The notes under the pieces are model-generated. The model searched no databases. It saw nothing but the letters and a program-made list of their open reading frames with translations, and was not told the origin of the DNA. A DNA stretch of 63,671 nt, the filler included, from Octopus bimaculoides (Eukaryota), in the NCBI RefSeq assembly GCF_001194135.2. It is 5 parts of 4 records of this genome, joined end to end, with 100 filler letters (N's around TTAATTAATTAA, not from the genome) between each part and the next. Parts side by side here need not be neighbours in the genome. Positions count along the whole stretch, not along the records: positions 1 to 18,127 come from NC_068983.1; 4 more parts are not named here. One strand, 5' to 3'. Every line of letters begins with the position of its first letter. The first letter of the stretch is position 1. Shown piece after piece: positions 1-13,019 of this stretch. The translations under genes were made by a program, and so were the position numbers.

Positions 1-331
1 ATATATATATATATATATGTGGGGGGGGGTTCTTCGGTTTCTTTGGTTTGTTGGTTTGTTGGTTTGTTCCCAAACAACACTTATTTTAGTGCTGTTGACA
101 CCACCGGACTGAATGGTACTGCTCAGGTGCCGAAACCATAATGATTTCCGTGGGGCAGCTGATGATGTAGGTATATCGGATTGTTGTATGACTGTGGAAT
201 AGTATTTTAACACATCCTTTTGATACATACATACATACAAACATACATACATACATACATACATAAATACATACATACATACATGCAGACATTGATACAG
301 ACATATACATATACAAAATACAAAATTTACT

Positions 332-664
332 GCAGAAGAAATGGAAAGAAAAATCACTCCATGGTCAATACCTTGTGAGGCTCAATAGAGAGAAAATGAG
401 CCAAAGTGAAACGCAACTGTAGCTCCAATGCTCCGAGCTAAGAGCAGAAACGGAGGAACTGACCCTCACTGCACAAGACCAATGTCTGGCCAGAAATATC
501 TACAAAATTACAATCATAATGGACCCTAACACCAAATGGAAAATGTACAGCTACGCAGCGAGACAACAGAACACGGCATCTGTGGGTGTCCAGCTCTTTG
601 TAAATCTGAGAATACATACAGACGTGATAGTGTTAGCGGTTACACTCACTGGGAAATATGCCAG
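332..664 (+). mobile_element. R4/Dong-clade non-LTR retrotransposon, C-terminal ORF fragment (decayed)
   Basis: Hand translation gives KWKEKSLHGQYLVRL...LRAETEELTLTAQDQCLARN, then after a frameshift ETTEHGICGCPALCKSENTYRRDSVSGYTHWEIC. This matches R4/Dong motifs WxxKxLHGQY, ETEGFIIAAQDQ and ETxxHIxSGCP...RHD...HW. One stop and one frameshift. Confidence 0.8.
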
Positions 665-800
665 GCCGGGTTAAGACCCATGGAGACCCTAAGCAAGTAG
701 AAGATTTTGTTTCCCCCGTGTTTATGCAATTCAAAATATAAACAACAATAAAACATAAAGTATTTTTTTACTTTTCAAAATGAAACGAAACTAACAGTAA
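662..800 (+). mobile_element. Probable hAT-type MITE end
   Basis: Starts CAGGCCGGGTTAAGACCCATGGAGACCCTAAGC, a CAGG-type TIR-like start. The partner end was not identified and the right boundary is approximate. Confidence 0.35.
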
Positions 801-863
801 GAAGGGAAAAGAATGTTTTTTTAGTATACTTCCAGTTTATCTAAATTTTATGCTTTTCTTTGA

Positions 864-1231
864 TTTGTTTCAGTCATTTGACTGCGGCCATCCTGGAGTA
901 CCGCCTTTAGTCGAGCAAATCGACCACAGGACTTACTCTCTGTAAGCCTAGTATTTATTCTATCAATCTCTTTTGCCGAACCACTAAGTTACGGGGACAT
1001 AAACACACCAGCATCGGTTGCCAAGCAATGAGGAGTGACAAAAGCACAGACACACAACACACACATATATATATATATATATATATGTACACGACGGGCT
1101 TCTTTCAGTTTCCGTTTACCAAATCCACTCACAAGGCTTTGGTCGGCTCGAGGCTATAGTAGAAGACACTTGCCCAAGGTGCCACGCAGTGGGATTGAAC
1201 ACGGAACCATGTGGTTGGTAAGCAAGCTACT
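864..1231 (-). mobile_element. tRNA-derived CORE-like SINE (family A)
   Basis: Same sequence as the full copies at 47169-47563 and 61623-62100, including the CCTTGGGCAAGTGTCTT core and an internal CA/TA microsatellite. Confidence 0.85.
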
Positions 1232-1465
1232 GAAATTTCGTGTCCTGTAGAAATGAAATTTCAGTAAATTTCTATATCATTGTGTAGCTGATGATTGCTC
1301 CGCATTTTACATTTGATGTAATGTTCAAATTGCTTAAATAAATAGAGTCGCATGAAACGATCGTACTGAATTAACTTTAGATATCCTTGTTGCTTATTTT
1401 CGTTTATATATATATATATATATATAAGAGAGACCAAAGTGTACGTACTTTTTATATATTTTATA

Positions 1466-2047
1466 TATAAAAATACAAAAATGGGACAAGAACGCAAAAC
1501 ATCTAGACAGTTAGGTGATACAAAAAAAGGGGACAGCAAAACATCCAGACAGACGGGTTATTCGGAGTTTTCTATCCTCATTTGAGTTCCAGACACAGTG
1601 AAGTGAAAGAGGAGGGAAAGTGAGCATGAAGAGAAGGCCAGGAAATGTGAGAGAGGGGGGACGAAAGAACGAAGAATGGAATGAACGGAGTGTGAAAGGG
1701 CTGATAGAAAGAAGGGCAGAATGAAAGAATAGCAAGAATAATAGAGTCGTACAAATTCGTATACATTCGCTGCTTTCTTCCAAGGAATCTAATGCTCTTA
1801 GCTTAGTTTTCCTTTGGGCTGGCCAGATTCGAGCAATCTCGATTATAACCGACCGAAATAACAAAGATAATCNNNNNNNNNNTTTGGGCTGGCCAGATTC
1901 GAGCAATCTCGATTATAACCGACCGAAATAACAAAGATAATCTGGAACTCGACTGAGGATGGAAAACTCCGAATGACCCGTCCTTGTTTTCTTTGTATCG
2001 TTTCTGGATGTTTTGTTGTCCCTTTTTTTGTATCACCTAACTGTCTG
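1466..2047. mobile_element. Inverted-repeat-bounded element (MITE or Penelope-like inverted end)
   Basis: 1503-1593 is the reverse complement of 1941-2047, apart from a ~20-bp indel and a few mismatches. The interior is purine-rich. Confidence 0.65.
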
Positions 2048-2152
2048 GTTGCTTTGCGATCTTGTCGACTCTAGGACTTATTCTTTGTAAGCCTAGTGCT
2101 TATTCTGTCGGTCTCTTTTGCCGAACGGCTTGTCAAGCTATGATGAGAGAGA

Positions 2153-2199
<47 letters not shown>

Positions 2200-2388
2200 G
2201 CCGTGATTGATCGCTAACTCCTAAAGTTTTTGTATTCTCTGTTTATTTTCTAGTGTTCCTTTCTGTTGAAGAGCGTAGGCTCGAAACGTAAAAGACTTTA
2301 TCACTTTCTCGAGCATCAAACTAGTACACCTGTTTGTTGTTTATAAACCTGCCTTCGTCTTTTGTTTTTCTGTAAATTTCAACTGTTT
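2200..2388 (+). mobile_element. Short Penelope-type repeat with hammerhead-like motif, nested in a family A SINE
   Basis: Homologous to 17940-18095. Contains CTTT-CTGTTGA-A-GAGC(GTAG)GCTC-GAAA-CG-TA-AAAG. Family A pieces flank it at ~2060-2160 and 2397-2537. Confidence 0.6.
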
Positions 2389-4559
2389 GTATATATGACA
2401 TGCTTCTTTCAGTTTCCGCCCATCAAATCATCTCACAAGGCTTTGGTCAGCCCGAGGCTATGGTAGAAGACACTTGCCTAAGGTGTCACGCAGTGAGAAT
2501 GAGCCCGGAACCATGTGGCTGGGAAGCAAGCTTCCTACCACACAGCTACGTCTCCGTCTATATATGTGTGTGTGTGTAATTTAATGCACACTGCATTAAG
2601 ATAACAGCTACTAATAATTTCTTGCTACCGAAGCAAGTAGTTGGGCGAATTTTTATATCGTATCTTATATCTCCAAGCAATTTTCAGGCTCTGCGCACAC
2701 TGATGGGAGATACAGGGCACGCTCTAAAAATTTGATTCACAATATGTCTCAATGGTAAGAATCTATATGTAGCTATTATTTTAACACAGTCTACATTAAA
2801 TGATATCTATCTCTCACTGGCTGGAATACTTGTTTGTTAATCCAACCTCAATGGAACAGTAAGCTGTATTATATATATATATATNNNNNNNNNNNNNNNN
2901 NNNNNNNNNNNNNNNNNNNNNNNNNNNNNNNNNNNNNNNNNNNNNNNNNNNNNNNNNNNNNNNNNNNNNNNNNNNNNNNNNNNNNNNNNNNNNNNNNNNN
3001 NNNNNNNNNNNNNNNNNNNNNNNNNNNNNNNNNNNNNNNNNNNNNNNNNNNNNNNNNNNNNNNNNNNNNNNNNNNNNNNNNNNNNNNNNNNNNNNNNNNN
3101 NNNNNNNNNNNNNNNNNNNNNNNNNNNNNNNNNNNNNNNNNNNNNNNNNNNNNNNNNNNNNNNNNNNNNNNNNNNNNNNNNNNNNNNNNNNNNNNNNNNN
3201 NNNNNNNNNNNNNNNNNNNNNNNNNNNNNNNNNNNNNNNNNNNNNNNNNNNNNNNNNNNNNNNNNNNNNNNNNNNNNNNNNNNNNNNNNNNNNNNNNNNN
3301 NNNNNNNNNNNNNNNNNNNNNNNNNNNNNNNNNNNNNNNNNNATATATATATATATATATATATATATACGTATGTGCATCTACGCACATGCAGATATAC
3401 ACGCAACTATAAACATATACGTATTAAACAAAGTCAATAAAATAAGGCAAGAACGTAGCTGAATCATGTAACCATACGAATATATAATTTAAGCACCTTC
3501 TATATATACATCCATCACTCTAACACAAATGTATGTACATAGTGATACATATGTATACAAGAAAACTGACACAAATTCATTCAGACATACCGTTAGCGAA
3601 GTAAAATGCAGACAGAAAGAGATAAAAATAATGAAAACTGCTTGAATATCTCACTGTAAATTACCAATAAGATGCAAGGAGAAAAGACCGGATATTATTT
3701 TCTGAGACATTGAATAAAATAACATGTTGTCTGTTGTAGGACTTGGTTATCTAGCACTGATAAACATCACATCAAAAAATAAATGAGAAAAATATAAGAA
3801 TGTCTATGTACAACTAATGAAAATCTTACAACTTCAATAAGATTTTAACTTATTAAGAGCGGGACATTTCGCTAGAAGACAAAACGTCCGTATGTTAATA
3901 ATCTTTAATATTTTGAATTTATAATGGAACAATGGTATCTATCTATTGATTCTTTGCAGACGACACCTATTGTAAACGACATTTATTGTTGATAGTGGCG
4001 GGTCCGTAAAAATAATGAAAATATTTTTTGAAATTTAACTTTCAATTTCTAACAATTATTCGTCTTTAGGATTTTTTTCTTTTTTTGCGCCTATGTTGGA
4101 AATTAACAACAATTAGTCCTATATCTTCAAGACAGAAGCTTCATATCTCGACAAAGATGCGTTCTTTATTCTTAAAAAATATAATGCCATGAAAACATAT
4201 TTTGGTTAACTTAGATTTGGTAAAATGTTATTTTGTTTTGCCAGAAGAGGGTATAATGAGATATTTTGCAGATATTCCCAAGAGCATCAATGGAATTAAA
4301 CGAAATAACTTCAAATATAAAATTGAAAAACAGATGCGATTCACTATGGACTTTGCCTCCGGCTATTTTGATCTCCAAAATTAGATATAAGCCGTTAGAG
4401 AAGAAAGGCGAGATTTTCTGTGGTGGTTGTTATTGTAATGGCCAGAATGAAATCCAAGGTTTATATTTAGAGCTGAGATGAAACTAAATAATGGGTCGTG
4501 TTTAACTCAAATCATACAAGCCTCTCCGAGAAATTTCCCGAGATAAAATACTGGTTTTA

Positions 4560-4785
4560 AATGTTGACACAAGGCCAGCGGGTTTTGGGGAAAGGGATAA
4601 GCTGATTTAATGGAGTCCAGTGATTAACTGGTACTTATTTTATCAACCTGGAAAGAGTGAAAGAGAAAGTCAACTCCGGCGGAATTCGAACTTAGAACAT
4701 AATGACGGACGAAATACCGCTAAGTATTTCACCCAGCCTACTAACGATCCTGTAAGCTCGCCACCCTCCGCAGACAAAATTTCAC
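4560..4785 (-). mobile_element. SINE family B
   Basis: Shares GGTACTTATTTTATC...GAAAG..AAAGTCAAC...GAATT.GAACT.AGAAC with the copies at 19930, 22210, 31480 and 39915. Confidence 0.75.
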
Positions 4786-5232
4786 AGCTTGTGCCTTACC
4801 GATATTTTATCCTAAGGCCGTTTCACGTGCTTATATTAATGTACTTCTAATCTGGTTAGCCTTTGTTGTTTTGTTCTGCGATTTCTATATTAGACCAAGC
4901 ATTTTTCATCTTAGCTTTGAACATCCAACTTATTCGTCACTGAGGAGAACGCAATTAGGTAGAAAACCCGTATCCGGCTATCTGCCGATATTCTGAGCAA
5001 AGCCCTGTGCTTTTAATAGACAAGTCTCTTTGAGAAGTTTCTTTGACACAAAACATTACACCTAGTGCCTTACCACGTTTGTATGTGCATTGTAAGTGTG
5101 TATACCAGGTGGTATTTTAATCTAATGTTGTTTAAGAGTGTGTTTATTTAATTCCAACATGGTTAACGTTTTCACAAATCAATAAATGTTTTATTTATCG
5201 ATTTCTAAATTGGAGCAAATATTTTCAGCTTG

Positions 5233-5528
5233 TGAGGGTGCCTGGCCTAATGGTTAGGGCGTGACATTCACGATTGCTAGATCGTGGTTTGATTCCCGGA
5301 GCAGGCGGCGCGTTGTAGTCTCGAACAACACTTCCTTTCAAGCTACTCCTGTCCACTCAAATATGACTAGATGAGCCTGCGACGGAATGACTTTCCGGTC
5401 AGAGGGAATCTTGGTTTAGTAGCATAGCCATCGGACGGCATTATTCGAATATCAAAACAATGCAAAGCGTATTGTGACCAGTGATGTATAACAACATCCA
5501 ATTTTCTGGTTGACTACGTCGTCACGTG
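5233..5528 (+). mobile_element. tRNA-derived SINE (family C) with perfect 12-bp TSD
   Basis: A-box-like TGGCCTAATGGTTAGG and B-box-like GGTTTGATTCC. ATTTTCAGCTTG is repeated directly at 5221-5232 and 5529-5540. Confidence 0.8.
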
Positions 5529-5814
5529 ATTTTCAGCTTGCTTTGGATCGTACAAGATATTCATCATTGAGGAGACGAATTCAAGTCGAGACTCGGTGTC
5601 TGGTGATTCATAGGTGTTCTGATCCAAACTTTGTGTTATTAACAATTTTCTTCGTGAAGTTTCTCTGAGACAAAATACTGCAGAAAATGCTATTACACGT
5701 TTGTAAGCGCATTATAAATCTGTATATATACCCGTATTTTACTTCATCTAACCACGATCTTTACGAGTCTCAAAAGGACATAATCATAATATTTGAATAA
5801 TTTTGAGTTGATTC

Positions 5815-5870
5815 GATAGACGGAAACTAAAAGAAGCCTTTCGTATATATATACATATCTATATATGTGT

Positions 5871-5906
<36 letters not shown>

Positions 5907-6110
5907 TTGTCTCCGACTCACCGCTTGACAATCGTGTTGAGGTGTTTATGTTCCCGTAACTTAGCGGTCCTGCAAAAAAAGACTGATAGAATAAATACCA
6001 TATTTAAAAAAAAAAGTGCTGGGGTTGATTCACTCGCCTAAACATTCTTCAAGGTGGTGCCTCAACATGGCCGTAGTCTAATTACTAAAACAAGGAAAAG
6101 ATAAAAGATT
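5815..6110 (+). mobile_element. SINE family A, 3' part
   Basis: GACGGAAACTAAAAGAAGCC, (GT)n and GTAACTTAGCGG tail, as in other family A copies. Confidence 0.75.
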
Positions 6111-6381
6111 ATGTTATCGACTTCGGAACGATGAAAGACTGGTAATAAGAATGGGATTTGAACTCGAAACGTAATAATACAAAAGTAAATACCGCAAGGC
6201 ATTTTATCCTCCGTATTACTGGTTCCGTCATGTACCACCACATTCTGCAGAGCTAATCTTAATGATTTCTTTTATGCTGGTAGAAGACCAATATTTATTG
6301 TGGGAAGAAAATATATTCTACTTATTGGGTGACTCTCAACCAATCTTCGTCTTCTACAGATATTTATCGTATTAAGTATAG

Positions 6382-6385
<4 letters not shown>

Positions 6386-6468
<83 letters not shown>

Positions 6469-6493
6469 CAGAGAGACAGAGAGAGAGAGAGAA
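6386..6493. repeat. (GA)n/(GACA)n microsatellite
   Basis: Read directly; it explains the ER/SL-repeat ORFs. Confidence 0.95.
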
Positions 6494-6989
6494 AGAAGCG
6501 TAGAAATAGCATTCGCCAGCAGATTCCAATACACCAAACTAGCGGAATAGATTCATTTAATAAAGTTTGAATGGAGAAGTAAATAAAGACACGGAATTAC
6601 ATGTTTTCCAATGAACGAAAGTGATTTGTTTTTTATCGAGTATCAACTGGAGAACTAAAGCAATGATTAACTGCTGTGTAATAGTGGCGAATGTGTCTTT
6701 GTTGGAACAACAATACCAAACATACTATTTAATTCATAAGAATAAATAATAAATCAGTAAAGAACATAATATGAAGCAGTAAAACATCTCGTGTTTTGAG
6801 GAACACATATATAACAGACCATAAAAAATGAAAATCATCTTCCGCCATATAAGAAAGAGTTATGGACAATAACACATCTCCATTGAAAAGAAGATCACGA
6901 GAAAAATCCATGGTAACTAAAATTTTCATATCAATGCCATGACGTGGTAATCAACGCAGTGATGCTGAAGATTCCGGAAGAGAATCTTT

Positions 6990-7312
6990 TTACTGGCTCT
7001 CCGTCGGTTACGACGATGTGGGTTCGAATTGATCCGATCAACAGAAAAGCCTGCTCGTGAAATTAATGTGTAAGTGGCTGAGCAGTCCACAGATACGTGT
7101 ACCCTTAACGTAGTTCTTAGGGAGATTCAGCGTGCCACAGAGTGTGACAAGGGTGCCCCTATGAAATACAGATACTACTCATTTTTGCCAGTTGAGTGGA
7201 CTTCGGCAACATGAAATAAAGTGTCTTGCTCAAGGGCACAACGTATCGCCGGGAATTGAACTCACGATTGTAAGGTTGTGAGTTCAATGCCCTAACCATT
7301 AAGCCATGTGCC
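6990..7312 (-). mobile_element. tRNA-derived SINE (C-type core, tail D)
   Basis: The tail is the reverse complement of 22990-23175. The head and core match 25280-25410. Confidence 0.8.
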
Positions 7313-8347
7313 GGGAGTGTATTTTCATCGTGATTGAGCATTTCAATTGTGTAAGAAGTTTAGGGATTAACAACAAAACCAGCGACGAAAGGTCCTCATT
7401 GATGCAGTATGACAGNNNNNNNNNNNNNNNNNNNNNNNNNNNNNNNNNNNNNNNNNNNNNNNNNNNNNNNNNNNNNNNNNNNNNNNNNNNNNNNNNNNNN
7501 NNNNNNNNNNNNNNNNNNNNNNNNNNNNNNNNNNNNNNNNNNNNNNNNNNNNNNNNNNNNNNNNNNNNNNNNNNNNNNNNNNNNNNNNNNNNNNNNNNNN
7601 NNNNNNNNNNNNNNNNNNNNNNNNNNNNNNNNNNNNNNNNNNNNNNNNNNNNNNNNNNNNNNNNNNNNNNNNNNNNNNNNNNNNNNNNNNNNNNNNNNNN
7701 NNNNNNNNNNNNNNNNNNNNNNNNNNNNNNNNNNNNNNNNNNNNNNNNNNNNNNNNNNNNNNNNNNNNNNNNNNNNNNNNNNNNNNNNNNNNNNNNNNNN
7801 NNNNNNNNNNNNNNNNNNNNNNNNNNNNNNNNNNNNNNNNNNNNNNNNNNNNNNNNNNNNNNNNNNNNNNNNNNNNNNNNNNNNNNNNNNNNNNNNNNNN
7901 NNNNNNNNNNNNNNNNNNNNNNNNNNNNNNNNNNNNNNNNNNNNNNNNNNNNNNNNNNNNNNNNNNNNNNNNNNNNNNNNNNNNNNNNNNNNNNNNNNNN
8001 NNNNNNNNNNNNNNNNNNNNNNNNNNNNNNNNNNNNNNNNNNNNNNNNNNNNNNNNNNNNNNNNNNNNNNNNNNNNNNNNNNNNNNNNNNNNNNNNNNNN
8101 NNNNNNNNNNNNNNNNNNNNNNNNNNNNNNNNNNNNNNNNNNNNNNNNNNNNNNNNNNNNNNNNNNNNNNNNNNNNNNNNNNNNNNNNNNNNNNNNNNNN
8201 NNNNNNNNNNNNNNNNNNNNNNNNNNNNNNNNNNNNNNNNNNNNNNNNNNNNNNNNNNNNNNNNNNNNNNNNNNNNNNNNNNNNNNNNNNNNNNNNNNNN
8301 NNNNNNNNNNNNNNNNNNNNNNNNNNNNNNNNNNNTATATATATATG

Positions 8348-8379
<32 letters not shown>

Positions 8380-10325
8380 TATGGAGAGAGAGATATGCAC
8401 TCACACAGAGTAAGGAGGAGATTAAAGAAGAGGAGTGAAAATATGAATCACAGCAGACAAATATGAAAAGATCAATGCGTAAACGGTGTCAGACACGATA
8501 AAGTCAATATTTCCCAAATTGAGAAATCGAACAATGGAGCAAGTTTTGTAAAAAGACAGATCGGTGAATAGATTAGTAAATACTCTAATGAAGTACAATA
8601 GAAAATAAAGTTGTTTTTTATTTGAAATGTAAGCGTTGAATTAGCGAAATGCAAATACAACGTATGGATATAAAAAAAATCAAAAATAAATAATGAAACT
8701 GAAGTAATAGTCACAGCATCACAGAGATAATCATGTAATTAAACTGAATGAAGTTGTCAATATTAGTTTGCTAATGCTTTAGTAAGTGAAGCAGTGGATG
8801 TGCCAATGAAAAATTTCAGGGTCCCTCTGAGTATTAGGAGGGAGGGAGTGAAATAGCAATTTCGCGAATGGCGTGTGTACCCTAAGGCCCGCAACAAAGT
8901 AGTATAAAGGATAAACCCCACTCCGGAATCATATAGATTCATTGGGTCGATTTTCTAATTTCTGGGACTTATATATTCTCCACCTGGTCAAGACACCTGT
9001 CTCTCGCAGGAGCACTCCCATTTGCCAGCTGACTGGACTGCAACAACGATTGAAATATTTTGCTTAAGAATACAGCGCGTTGCACGGTCCAGGAAATGAA
9101 ATCGCAATTTTACGATCATGAATCCAACATCCTAACCACGAAACCATGTGCCTCCACAAAGATCTGCAGCAAAGTGAACTCTAATACAGTTACTCAAGAA
9201 TCATGCAGTAGTATTAAACCGGGCGATGGATAGAGAATGGAACATAATGTGCGTGTTGTGAGGTTATTCAAAAGTTCAATGCTTCATAGTGACTGTTAGT
9301 TTCATCCCGGGTGGTAATCGTCAGGCCGTGAAATTTTTTGTATATATGTGATTAAGACTTTTTATTATGCTCCAATGAATCTCAGTCTCTCAAACAATAA
9401 TTCACACCTGTCCTGTTTCCATGTTAACACTTGCTTTCACATGCTACCCCGATGACTTTCAAATTAAAAGTATCTACCTATTATTAGCAGGTAATTCTGT
9501 AGCGGAGATTCCTGCAGCTTCCGTTTACCAAATTTTATTCAGATGGCTTTGGTTGATCCGAAGCTATTTGAATACCAGGAAAGACATTTACACAAGGTAA
9601 CGCGCAGTGGGATTGAACCGGAAATTACGCAGTTGCAATGTGAACTACTTAATCACACACAACCATGCGTTGTAAATGAGATCAGAGGATCATTAATACG
9701 CAGGAATGAGGGGAGGGCAACAGATGATACGCGAATACATGAGTACTGCACTAAAAAAAAAGACAATAATCTGTGGTTTATGTGACACGCATGTCTAAGG
9801 CGAAACATAGAGATACTATGAACAAAAGGCATTAAAATTAGAATTTCAGATTCCAATGTGATCAGACATATATAGAGAACAAACAATTATATATAATTGC
9901 AAATAAAATAACAAAATAATTTGTTTGATCATTCACGTGATGTTCATTGGGAAATATTCGGTTAGAAAGTTAAGATGAAAAAGACTGGCATTGGTTGAAG
10001 TCTGGGAGATTTGATGAGACAACGGAGACTAAAGCAATTTTGTGATTATTGTTGTTTTGGAAAGGTTTAGAGATAATAAAATGTATACATACACACATGC
10101 ATACATAGATGTTTTAAGTATATGGATGTGCGCATACAGACTAAAGCACATGTCAAATGTATATATGTATGGAAAGATAATAAAACTTATATAGATATTA
10201 ATATGGCTTTCAGTCATGAAACTTCGTTTGAATATTTGAAATTACTGTGGAAAAGAAGAAAAGTATAATACATATATAAAAGCAGTATATGGATAGCGCG
10301 CATGTATATCTATATACATACATAA

Positions 10326-10360
<35 letters not shown>

Positions 10361-10388
10361 TGTATGTATGTATGTATGTATATATATA

Positions 10389-10447
<59 letters not shown>

Positions 10448-10971
10448 TATNNNNNNNNNNNNNNNNNNNNNNNNNNNNNNNNNNNNNNNNNNNNNNNNNN
10501 NNNNNNNNNNNNNNNNNNNNNNNNNNNNNNNNNNNNNNNNNNNNNNNNNNNNNNNNNNNNNNNNNNNNNNNNNNNNNNNNNNNNNNNNNNNNNNNNNNNN
10601 NNNNNNNNNNNNNNNNNNNNNNNNNNNNNNNNNNNNNNNNNNNNNNNNNNNNNNNNNNNNNNNNNNNNNNNNNNNNNNNNNNNNNNNNNNNNNNNNNNNN
10701 NNNNNNNNNNNNNNNNNNNNNNNNNNNNNNNNNNNNNNNNNNNNNNNNNNNNNNNNNNNNNNNNNNNNNNNNNNNNNNNNNNNNNNNNNNNNNNNNNNNN
10801 NNNNNNNNNNNNNNNNNNNNNNNNNNNNNNNNNNNNNNNNNNNNNNNNNNNNNNNNNNNNNNNNNNNNNNNNNNNNNNNNNNNNNNNNNNNNNNNNNNNN
10901 NNNNNNNNNNNNNNNNNNNNNNNNNNNNNNNNNNNNNNNNNNNNNNNNNNNNNNNNNNNNNNNNNNNNNNN

Positions 10972-11108
10972 TGCCACCACCCCCTGCTGGAGCCTCGTGG
11001 AGCTTTAGATGTTTTCGCTCAATAAACACACACAACGCCCGGTCTGGGAATCGAAACCGCGATCCTCCGACCGCGATTCCGCTGCTCTAACCACTGGACT
11101 ATTGTGCC
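10972..11108 (-). mobile_element. SINE family E head (runs into gap)
   Basis: Reverse complement of 22796-22935. Confidence 0.75.
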
Positions 11109-11109
11109 C

Positions 11110-11360
11110 CCTCTTGCGCCCTTTTAAAGCCTAGCGAGGCTCGCGGGCCCGGTTTCCTGGTTTCAATGGCGTATGTGTTCCCCAGCTGGACGGGACGCCA
11201 GTCCATCGCAGCGTTACTCATTTTTGCCAGCTGAGTGGACTGGAGCAACGGGAAATGAAGTGTTTTGCTCAAGAAAACAATGCATCGCCCGGTCCAGGAA
11301 TCGAAACCATAATCTTAAGATCATGATGCTGACACCCTAACCACTAAGCCACGCGCCTCC
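11110..11360 (-). mobile_element. tRNA-derived SINE (C-type core, tail F)
   Basis: Core CCAGCTGAGTGGACTGGAGCAAC.GGAAATGAAGTG.TTTGCTCAAG with a distinct GC-rich tail. Confidence 0.75.
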
Positions 11361-11770
11361 ATATATCTATATATGTATATGTATATTAACATACATATAT
11401 CTAAATATACATACATGCGTACGTACATACATACAGGTAAGCATAACAAAAATAATAGTGAAAGTGACTTCGAATTTCGTCCAGTTAAGCCATTATCGGA
11501 AAGCTCGGTGATGGTTTAACTGGGAAAAACTTTGAAGCCACTGTCAACAATACTCTTGCTTAAGAGTAATAAGATTGTACTCACATGTATACATATATGT
11601 GCGTGTGTGGCGTGCCTATGCGTGTATAAACGAATACGGATACAGCGTGAAACAAAGAGAGAAACGAAGTTGAAAATGCAACTGGAGTTTTAAGGAGGTT
11701 TAACACTTATTTTACATTTAAGGTTTGTAAACGTAAAGAAATATTCTCAAGGACTCCAGGTGCATTTTTA

Positions 11771-11814
<44 letters not shown>

Positions 11815-12589
11815 NNNNNNNNNNNNNNNNNNNNNNNNNNNNNNNNNNNNNNNNNNNNNNNNNNNNNNNNNNNNNNNNNNNNNNNNNNNNNNNNNNNNNN
11901 NNNNNNNNNNNNNNNNNNNNNNNNNNNNNNNNNNNNNNNNNNNNNNNNNNNNNNNNNNNNNNNNNNNNNNNNNNNNNNNNNNNNNNNNNNNNNNNNNNNN
12001 NNNNNNNNNNNNNNNNNNNNNNNNNNNNNNNNNNNNNNNNNNNNNNNNNNNNNNNNNNNNNNNNNNNNNNNNNNNNNNNNNNNNNNNNNNNNNNNNNNNN
12101 NNNNNNNNNNNNNNNNNNNNNNNNNNNNNNNNNNNNNNNNNNNNNNNNNNNNNNNNNNNNNNNNNNNNNNNNNNNNNNNNNNNNNNNNNNNNNNNNNNNN
12201 NNNNNNNNNNNNNNNNNNNNNNNNNNNNNNNNNNNNNNNNNNNNNNNNNNNNNNNNNNNNNNNNNNNNNNNNNNNNNNNNNNNNNNNNNNNNNNNNNNNN
12301 NNNNNNNNNNNNNNNNNNNNNNNNNNNNNNNNNNNNNNNNNNNNNNNNNNNNNNNNNNNNNNNNNNNNNNNNNNNNNNNNNNNNNNNNNNNNNNNNNNNN
12401 NNNNNNNNNNNNNNNNNNNNNNNNNNNGGGAAAAACTTTGAAGCCACTGTCAACAATACTCTTGCTTAAGAGTAATAAGATTGTACTCACATGTATACAT
12501 ATATATCTCTGTAGATATATATACATATACATACAAACATACATACGTACATAAATATAGACTCTCATATATACATTCTTATTTTTCTT

Positions 12590-12970
12590 TTATTATTTTG
12601 TTTCAGTCATTTGACTGCGGTCATACTGGAGCAGCACGTTTAGTCGACCAAATCGACCCCAGGTATTATTCTTTGTAAACCTAGTACTTATTCTATCGGT
12701 TCCTTTTGCCGTACCGCTGACTTATGGGGACGTAAACACACCAACGTCGGTTGTCAAGCGATGGTGTCGGGACAAATACATACACACAAACACATACACA
12801 CTTACATACACACACACACAGGGCTTCTTTCAGATTCCGTCTACCAAATCCACTCACAAGGCTTTGGTCGACCCGAGTCTATAGAAGACACTTGCCCAAG
12901 ATGCCACGCAGTGGGACTGAAACCGGAACCATGTGGTTGGTAAGCAAGCTACCTACTACACGGCCATATA
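12590..12970 (-). mobile_element. SINE family A
   Basis: Near full-length match to 864-1231. Confidence 0.85.
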
Positions 12971-13019
12971 TGCATATATATACACACACACACTATATAT
13001 ATATATCGATCTATATATA

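Noticed and set aside
1811-1943. 61-bp direct repeat either side of a 10-N gap
   Set aside because: Typical unmerged contig overlap.
1950-1985. Hammerhead-like CTGAGGA-T-GGA(AAAC)TCC-GAAT
   Set aside because: GAAT instead of GAAA, and no convincing stems I/III or cleavage triplet.
11522-12504. 77-bp identical repeat at 11522-11598 and 12428-12504
   Set aside because: The second copy starts at a gap edge and cannot be distinguished from misassembly.
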